Shown piece by piece: positions 58,586 to 64,000 of a stretch of 64,000 bases of DNA. The DNA is taken from the NCBI GenBank assembly GCA_965601925.1, contig OZ271854.1:1696001-1760000 (forward strand). The letters are read 5' to 3'. The notes beneath the pieces are model-generated. The model made no database searches. It had not been told where the DNA came from and saw nothing but the letters and a program-made list of their open reading frames with translations. Numbering within the stretch: position 1 is the stretch's first letter; each line of letters starts with the position of its first letter. Made by a program: the position numbers and the translations under genes. Source of the DNA: Alkalispirochaeta sp. (GTDB taxonomy: Bacteria; Spirochaetota; Spirochaetia; DSM-27196; Alkalispirochaetaceae).

Positions 58586-59392
58586 ATGACTCTCGCTGCC
58601 CGTAATCTTACTCTCCGCTTTGCCCTTTTTGTACTACTATTCGTGAATATCGGCGTATTCTTCATATTCATCGAGCAGGTACGCGGCGGGAGTTACGGCG
58701 GTGTAGTCGAGGATCTTTCGCTCAATCAGCTCCTTGCGCTGTCCGCCGTCATGGTGAGTTGTCTCTTCGGGTTCGTCTTTTCCATGGTCTATATGCGACT
58801 GTTTCGGCGTACCCCGTCCCTCTCGGTTTTTTTCGTGACGTGGTTTTTTCTCCTTATGAGCTTCGACGTGTCCAAGATCGGACAGATTCTTCTGCCCGTG
58901 AGTCCATGGCCGCACTTCGCCTCCTTAGTCGCTCGAGTGACGATTTTCGGCCACATCATCGGCGTCGTCGCCCTGTTCGGTGCGGGTTTATACGCAGGGG
59001 GTGTGCGCATGCAGCGCCACGGGACCGCCATGTTCGTCGTAGCGATGATCGCCTTGGCGCTGAGCGCCTCGATTCCAATCGATACGTCGAGTCTTCCTCG
59101 CCACCTCGTATACCAAGCGGGTATGCGATCCTCGCTCCAGGCGACGTTGGTATTGCTGCTCGTCGTCGCGGTCGTCAATTACGTCCAGGCCGCGATCGGT
59201 AAGCAGGATTATCGGCAACTCATGTCCGCCCTCGCTGTCGCTCTCGTGGCCGCCGGAAGAGAGATACTCTTTTACTTCATCGAACCGCTATGGTTGGTGT
59301 TCGGATCGACCGCGTTGGTCGTCGGGGCTATTCTCTTCGCGGCGCAGAATTATCGTGACTTCCTCGTACCGGAGCTTCGGCCCCACGGGTAG
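58586..59392 (+). CDS. Multi-TM membrane protein, hypothetical
   Basis: About 8 hydrophobic segments from ATG 58586; the upstream ORF extension is antisense to the DUF2259 gene. Confidence 0.7.
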   Translation: MTLAARNLTLRFALFVLLFVNIGVFFIFIEQVRGGSYGGVVEDLSLNQLLALSAVMVSCLFGFVFSMVYMRLFRRTPSLSVFFVTWFFLLMSFDVSKIGQILLPVSPWPHFASLVARVTIFGHIIGVVALFGAGLYAGGVRMQRHGTAMFVVAMIALALSASIPIDTSSLPRHLVYQAGMRSSLQATLVLLLVVAVVNYVQAAIGKQDYRQLMSALAVALVAAGREILFYFIEPLWLVFGSTALVVGAILFAAQNYRDFLVPELRPHG

Positions 59393-59442
59393 CCCGAGAC
59401 GCCGAGGCTACATACGGTGTCGCATTCTAAAGAGGAACTTCT

Positions 59443-60057
59443 TTACAATATGAGTGAAGCGGCGAGGCCGACACCGACGGGCAAAATGAGATTGTCGGCG
59501 TCGCCGGTCGGCAGCGCCTCCAAACAGGCGGCACTTCCGGCACTGAGGAGAGCGACGACGGGGGATGGGTAGACCAGATACGCGCTTATCGCCACCGCAC
59601 TCGCGCAGGTGAGACTGCCTTCCAGCGTCTTACCTCCGGTCCACGGGATGCGAACGTGGCCGAAGAGCTTGCCGGCAACGCTGGCGAGCCCGTCTCCGAA
59701 GGCAAGCGCGTAAATCGCGATCGTCGCCGCCGGGTTGGGATAGAGGAGCAGCGCGAGCATCGAGCCGATGCCCAGAGTAATCGGCCCCAGAACGTACCGA
59801 TCGGCGTCTCGACTCCGTGAGGAGAGCTCCGTCAGTCGAGATATGAGCCAGACCGAGTGCCCGGCGCGTCTACGGCTCTCCGCGTACGCGTAAAAAATCG
59901 TTCCGATACCGAGGAGGACGAGCGTTACGCCCGTGCCCGCGAACGTGGCAACGGTCGGCACCATGGCTATTGAAAGGTGAATCGTTTTTCTGATTAATTC
60001 AGTTCGCAGGTCTTTGGACAATCCGTGTCCCGATCTGCGAAGGACAATTTGCTCCAT
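59443..60057 (-). CDS. SEC59/phytol kinase/cytidylyltransferase-like membrane protein
   Basis: ELIRKTIH, LAFGDGLASVAG, GKTLEGS, DNLILP. Confidence 0.85.
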   Translation of the reverse strand: MEQIVLRRSGHGLSKDLRTELIRKTIHLSIAMVPTVATFAGTGVTLVLLGIGTIFYAYAESRRRAGHSVWLISRLTELSSRSRDADRYVLGPITLGIGSMLALLLYPNPAATIAIYALAFGDGLASVAGKLFGHVRIPWTGGKTLEGSLTCASAVAISAYLVYPSPVVALLSAGSAACLEALPTGDADNLILPVGVGLAASLIL

Positions 60058-60120
60058 CGGTGAGAGATATGCAATATGCGTGCCATCGACGGAGTAAAGA
60101 AGAGTATTGTGTAACTATCT

Positions 60121-61626
60121 ATGGGAGAACACGATATGGTGATGTCGTCGGATTGTGTGTCCGCCGATAACCGAACGGTGTGTAGTTTTGTGCACACCTG
60201 TCTTCATAAATTACTACCCTTGGTCGTGTGTCTGACCGCTGCGGCCTGCGCAACCCAGCCGGTTGAACTCCCGCCGATGTCGGACGAGTCCGATGTCGGC
60301 GAGGTCGCGTCCGGCCTGCGTACACGTGAGCGAACACCTGAGTACATCGTCGAGCGTTCGATCGATCGGATTATCGCGACCATGACGGTACGTCAGAAGG
60401 CCGGGCAACTCCTCATGCCCGGGTTACTGTTCGATTCGGCGGGACGCCCGGTAGTGGAGATGAACGATGAGTTGGAGCGACTTCTTTCCGACGTCGAGCC
60501 GGGAGGGTTCATTCTATTTGCGCCGAATGTCGACGATCCCGAGCAGCTTCGCTCGCTTGTCGGCCACATGCAGGCCCGCAGCTCGATTCCGTTGATTATC
60601 GGTATCGATCAAGAGGGCGGTGTGGTGCGGAGGATCGTACCGACCGACTCGATGCCCGCCACGGCAATCCCGGCGGCGCGGCGCGTCGGGCGCGCGGGAG
60701 ACGTCGAGCTCGCCTATGAACTCGCCCGCGTCACAGCGCGGGAACTACGCAGTCTGGGCATTACCATGAACTTCGCTCCAGTTGCCGACGTGATGACGAA
60801 CGCCGGCAACCCGGTCATCGGATCGCGCTCCTTCGGCTCCGACCCCGATTTGGTGGCGGCGATGGTCGAGGCGACGGTCATCGGCTATCAAGAAGAGAAC
60901 ATATCTGCCGTGCTCAAACACTTTCCCGGGCACGGCGATACCGACGTCGACACGCACCACGGCCCGGCTGCGGTGATGCACGATCTTGCCCGGTTGCGCA
61001 GCGTGGAACTGATTCCTTTCGCTCGAGGAATCGAGGCCGGCGCAGACGGGGTAATGACCGGACACGTCGGCTTTCCCACGATAACCGGCGCCATGACACC
61101 GGCGACGATGGAGCCCGTTATTCTGGAGTCGATTCTTCGGGACGAGCTTAGCTACGAGGGCGTCGTCGTGACCGATTCACTCGTTATGGCCGCGTTGACG
61201 GCGCAGTTCGGTGAGCGTGAGATCCCCGTGCGCGCGGCGGCGGCCGGTGCCGACATCCTCCTGAGGCCGGCTCGGCCGCGAGAGGCGTTGAATGCACTCC
61301 TCGACGCGATAGAGGCGGGACGGATATCGGAAGAACGAATCGACGCGTCGGTCCGCCGCATTCTGCGGGTGAAGTTCCGGCGCGGTCTCATGGCCCCGGC
61401 CGCTGCAATCGGCGGCCTCGAGCGTGATGCATCGCCGTGGATAGCCTCCTCGTTCGGGAGTGATTCCTCCATGCGACTTGCGGGCGTCGGTCGCGACGAT
61501 ACGTTGTTTCTCGTACCGCGGCGATTCGTGCCGGAAGAGATGCTTCTCGGGATTCCCGAGCATCGAGAGATCGCCGACCGGATTTTTGTTCTGGGCGCGC
61601 CGGGTGGAAGCACATACGGGAGGTAG
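60121..61626 (+). CDS. GH3 beta-N-acetylhexosaminidase (NagZ-like), probable lipoprotein
   Basis: IDQEGG, FAPVAD, RSFG, KHFPGHGDTDVDTH (NagZ signature), TDSL; lipobox-like TAAAC. Start uncertain. Confidence 0.88.
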   Translation: MGEHDMVMSSDCVSADNRTVCSFVHTCLHKLLPLVVCLTAAACATQPVELPPMSDESDVGEVASGLRTRERTPEYIVERSIDRIIATMTVRQKAGQLLMPGLLFDSAGRPVVEMNDELERLLSDVEPGGFILFAPNVDDPEQLRSLVGHMQARSSIPLIIGIDQEGGVVRRIVPTDSMPATAIPAARRVGRAGDVELAYELARVTARELRSLGITMNFAPVADVMTNAGNPVIGSRSFGSDPDLVAAMVEATVIGYQEENISAVLKHFPGHGDTDVDTHHGPAAVMHDLARLRSVELIPFARGIEAGADGVMTGHVGFPTITGAMTPATMEPVILESILRDELSYEGVVVTDSLVMAALTAQFGEREIPVRAAAAGADILLRPARPREALNALLDAIEAGRISEERIDASVRRILRVKFRRGLMAPAAAIGGLERDASPWIASSFGSDSSMRLAGVGRDDTLFLVPRRFVPEEMLLGIPEHREIADRIFVLGAPGGSTYGR

Positions 61627-61628
61627 CA

Positions 61629-62465
61629 ATGGCACGAACGCGAGGGGTGCGAATGGACGGTGCTCACGCGCTTGTCACGGGCGGAGCTCGAGGAATCGGA
61701 CGCGCTACGGCGGCGCGGCTGGTCGCAGCCGGCGCCCGTGTCTCTTTGTGGGATCTCGATGCGGATGCACTCGATCGAGCGCGTGGAGAGCTCTCGGCAC
61801 GCGACCGGCCGGCGGCCGTTCATACCGAGGTATGCGACATCACCGACCATGAAGCGCTGAGGCGTGCCCTCGACGGTTCGGTCGCCGCCCTCGGCCCGGT
61901 GGACATTCTCATCAACAACGCGGGGCATCTCGCCCCGGGGCGAGTCGAAGAACAAGCGCCCGACGTGTGGATGAAGACCCTATCGGTCAATATCGCCGCG
62001 CCGGTTTACCTCACGCGTCTGGTGTTGCCGTCGATGTATGAGCGCGGACGCGGACACATCGTGAACATCAGTTCCGCCGCCGGTGCGATCGGCGTGCCGT
62101 CTTTGGCCGTGTATTCGGCGAGCAAATGGGCCGTGTGGGGCTTTTCGGAGGCGCTGCGGGCCGAGGCGGCGGAGCGCGGCGTCATGGTAAGTTCCATTCA
62201 TCCCTCCTACATCGCACACGGCATGTTCGCCGGCGCACGCTTGCGCGGCGTGGGTCGCCTGCTCGTGCCTCTTCTGCGCTCTCACGACGTTGTGGCCGAG
62301 GCAATCGTACGGGGGGCGTTGAGTCGCGGACGCACGCGAGTGATGCGTCCGCGTTCAATTCAACTGGCGGTGCTGCTGCGCGGCGTCCTCCCCGATCGGT
62401 GGTTTAATCGCCTCATGAAGCGCCTCGGTGTCTGGGCGAGCATGTCGACGTGGCGCGGTAGATAG
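61629..62465 (+). CDS. Short-chain dehydrogenase/reductase
   Basis: TGGARGIG, NNAG, SS, YSASK. Confidence 0.92.
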   Translation: MARTRGVRMDGAHALVTGGARGIGRATAARLVAAGARVSLWDLDADALDRARGELSARDRPAAVHTEVCDITDHEALRRALDGSVAALGPVDILINNAGHLAPGRVEEQAPDVWMKTLSVNIAAPVYLTRLVLPSMYERGRGHIVNISSAAGAIGVPSLAVYSASKWAVWGFSEALRAEAAERGVMVSSIHPSYIAHGMFAGARLRGVGRLLVPLLRSHDVVAEAIVRGALSRGRTRVMRPRSIQLAVLLRGVLPDRWFNRLMKRLGVWASMSTWRGR

Positions 62466-62604
62466 CCGGTCAATACGCGTCACGGTACGTGCGTGAACCG
62501 ACGGACATCCGGCTCGTTCGACCCGTACGAGGCGTTCTCCCGCACGGGCGAGCTCACGCTGCGTGGAGCGACGTTATCGGGTAGACGGCGCGGCGTGCGC
62601 CTCC

Positions 62605-63783
62605 TCACATCGGGAGCGCTTCCCCCGCCGGGAGGAGGAGATCCACGCCGCAGCGGATCGTATCTCCATCGTCGCCGGCGACCGACGGAACCTCGATGAG
62701 GTGTTCCAAAAACATCCCCGCGGCACCGTATGCGACCGCCTGTTCCCCGAGTCGCGAGAGCGAGATGGCGCACTCCACCGGGTTGGGGTACGCCCAGCTT
62801 TCCTGAATGCGTACACTGATTGCAGCGATCAGCGCATCGGCGAGTATTTCCACCGGGCCGCCGATCACCACTTTCTGCAGATTAAGAATGTTGACGAGGA
62901 ACGCGATATGTCTGGAAAGCTCGTCGACGATGCGTTCGTCTATCTCATCGTCCTGGAGAAACCGTTGCGCCTGCTCGTCGGGAATCGAGAACTGATTGAC
63001 GCTGTCGCGGTTGTATAGAATGCTGCGAAACTCGCCTGCGGAGAACTCGTCACCGTGATGTACGCGCCCGTTGAGAACCAGTCCGATTCCGAGCGCCATA
63101 ATCCGGTAGTCGTCCATCTCTATGGTGTGTTTTCGGAGCTCTCCTAAGACGAATAGGAAGTTCTGCGGGCGGGTACTGTGCTTGAATGCGAGCTCGCCCC
63201 AACATCCGCAATTAGCGTCGTTATCGACGAAGATGGGAATCGAAAGGCCGAGGCGCGCTTTTGCCTCCTCAACGAATTCGATCTCTTCGTAATGTTCGAA
63301 CGGCATCGAGGCCTTTAACACTCCGCGTACCGGATCGACGAATCCCGGAAGACCGACGCCGATTCCGATGAGAGGCATACCCGTCGCCTCAAGGCTGGAC
63401 CGAAACCGCTCTACAATCCCGGTAAAGGCGTCTACCAGATCGTATCGTCGAAGATCCAGCGGCTCGGTGTGGGAGAAGAATACGTCGCCGTGCAGATTGA
63501 TGCCTACGACGGTGAACGCCTCGGTCTGCACTTCGACACCCATGACGCACCCCCAGCCCGGTTTGATGCGTAGATGGATCGGTCGTCGCCCGCCGGTCGG
63601 GCCGGCGTCGCCTACCGCCGCGGTTTCGACGATTCGTAACTCCTCCAAATAGGCCACGATTTTCGAGACCGTAGATTTGTTGAGCCCGAGTCGACGCGAT
63701 ATATCGACGCGACTCAGACCCGGGTTGAGCCATATCGTTCTGAGAACTCTGGTAATGTTAACCTTGCTAACATAGTTGACCAT
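62605..63783 (-). CDS. ROK-family transcriptional repressor
   Basis: N-terminal HTH SRVDISRRLGLNKSTVS, GGRRP, GIGVGLPG, DNDANC, AGEF. Confidence 0.92.
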   Translation of the reverse strand: MVNYVSKVNITRVLRTIWLNPGLSRVDISRRLGLNKSTVSKIVAYLEELRIVETAAVGDAGPTGGRRPIHLRIKPGWGCVMGVEVQTEAFTVVGINLHGDVFFSHTEPLDLRRYDLVDAFTGIVERFRSSLEATGMPLIGIGVGLPGFVDPVRGVLKASMPFEHYEEIEFVEEAKARLGLSIPIFVDNDANCGCWGELAFKHSTRPQNFLFVLGELRKHTIEMDDYRIMALGIGLVLNGRVHHGDEFSAGEFRSILYNRDSVNQFSIPDEQAQRFLQDDEIDERIVDELSRHIAFLVNILNLQKVVIGGPVEILADALIAAISVRIQESWAYPNPVECAISLSRLGEQAVAYGAAGMFLEHLIEVPSVAGDDGDTIRCGVDLLLPAGEALPM

Positions 63784-63784
63784 A

Positions 63785-63933
63785 GTAGTTGGTTGTAGAA
63801 ACCAATCTACACCTGCACAGTGATGCTGTCAAAGTAAAAAGTCTTCCGTTTTTCGCGCGCATCGGCGATCTTTTTTGTTTGACAGCGTGAATTTGCCATG
63901 CTACCCTCGTGGTTGGTTGTGTCTCGCAACTAA
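63785..63933. promoter_or_regulatory. Divergent promoters with two ROK/XylR-type operators
   Basis: Minus strand TTGACA-17-TAGATT (63832-63804); plus strand TTGACA-17-TACCCT (63879-63907); operators GTAGTT-N9-AACCAA (63785-63805) and TTGGTT-N9-AACTAA (63913-63933). Confidence 0.7.
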
Positions 63934-63961
63934 ATGGAGACATCCCGAAATAGGAGGTTTT

Positions 63962-64000
63962 ATGTTCAAAAAAATGGCGATGTTTCTTGTCGCCGCAGTA
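63962..64000 (+). CDS. Start of an exported protein, probably a sugar ABC substrate-binding protein (truncated by the window edge)
   Basis: SD AGGAGG, MFKKMAMFLVAAV signal start, divergent from the ROK gene. Confidence 0.55.
   Translation, partial: MFKKMAMFLVAAV

Overview
Gene-dense chromosomal window (about 52 CDS), most likely from a free-living Spirochaetaceae member. The taxonomy is inferred from the Cys-less 'FAGGQGE' binding-protein signal and proteins resembling DUF6675 and DUF2259. (1) 1-17 kb: surface-polysaccharide locus with seven GT4 glycosyltransferases, an unclassified GT-like protein, an AsnB-like amidotransferase, a SAM methyltransferase, a Wzx flippase, one or two Wzi-like outer-membrane proteins and a P-loop kinase-like protein. 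(2) 17-21 kb: cysQ-cysD-cysNC, which makes PAPS, with no reductase in the window. (3) 21-35 kb: nucleoside ABC importer, PNP, an AhcY-family hydrolase with an HxExK motif, a GldAFG/DUF4340-like ABC module and an MtaD-like deaminase. (4) 35-40.5 kb: UDP-uronate genes, a deacetylase, a formyltransferase and a priming sugar transferase. (5) 40.5-64 kb: housekeeping genes (lysA, EIIA, amylase/malQ, nadE, proS, NagZ-like GH3, SDR, ROK repressor with two operators). No rRNA, tRNA, CRISPR or mobile element was seen. Best leads: a probable deamination-first S-inosylhomocysteine recycling route, a possibly sulfated and multiply decorated capsule with orphan enzymes, and many sigma70 promoters 6-11 nt before start codons (leaderless and bidirectional). 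All family calls come from motif recognition by eye; no searches were run.
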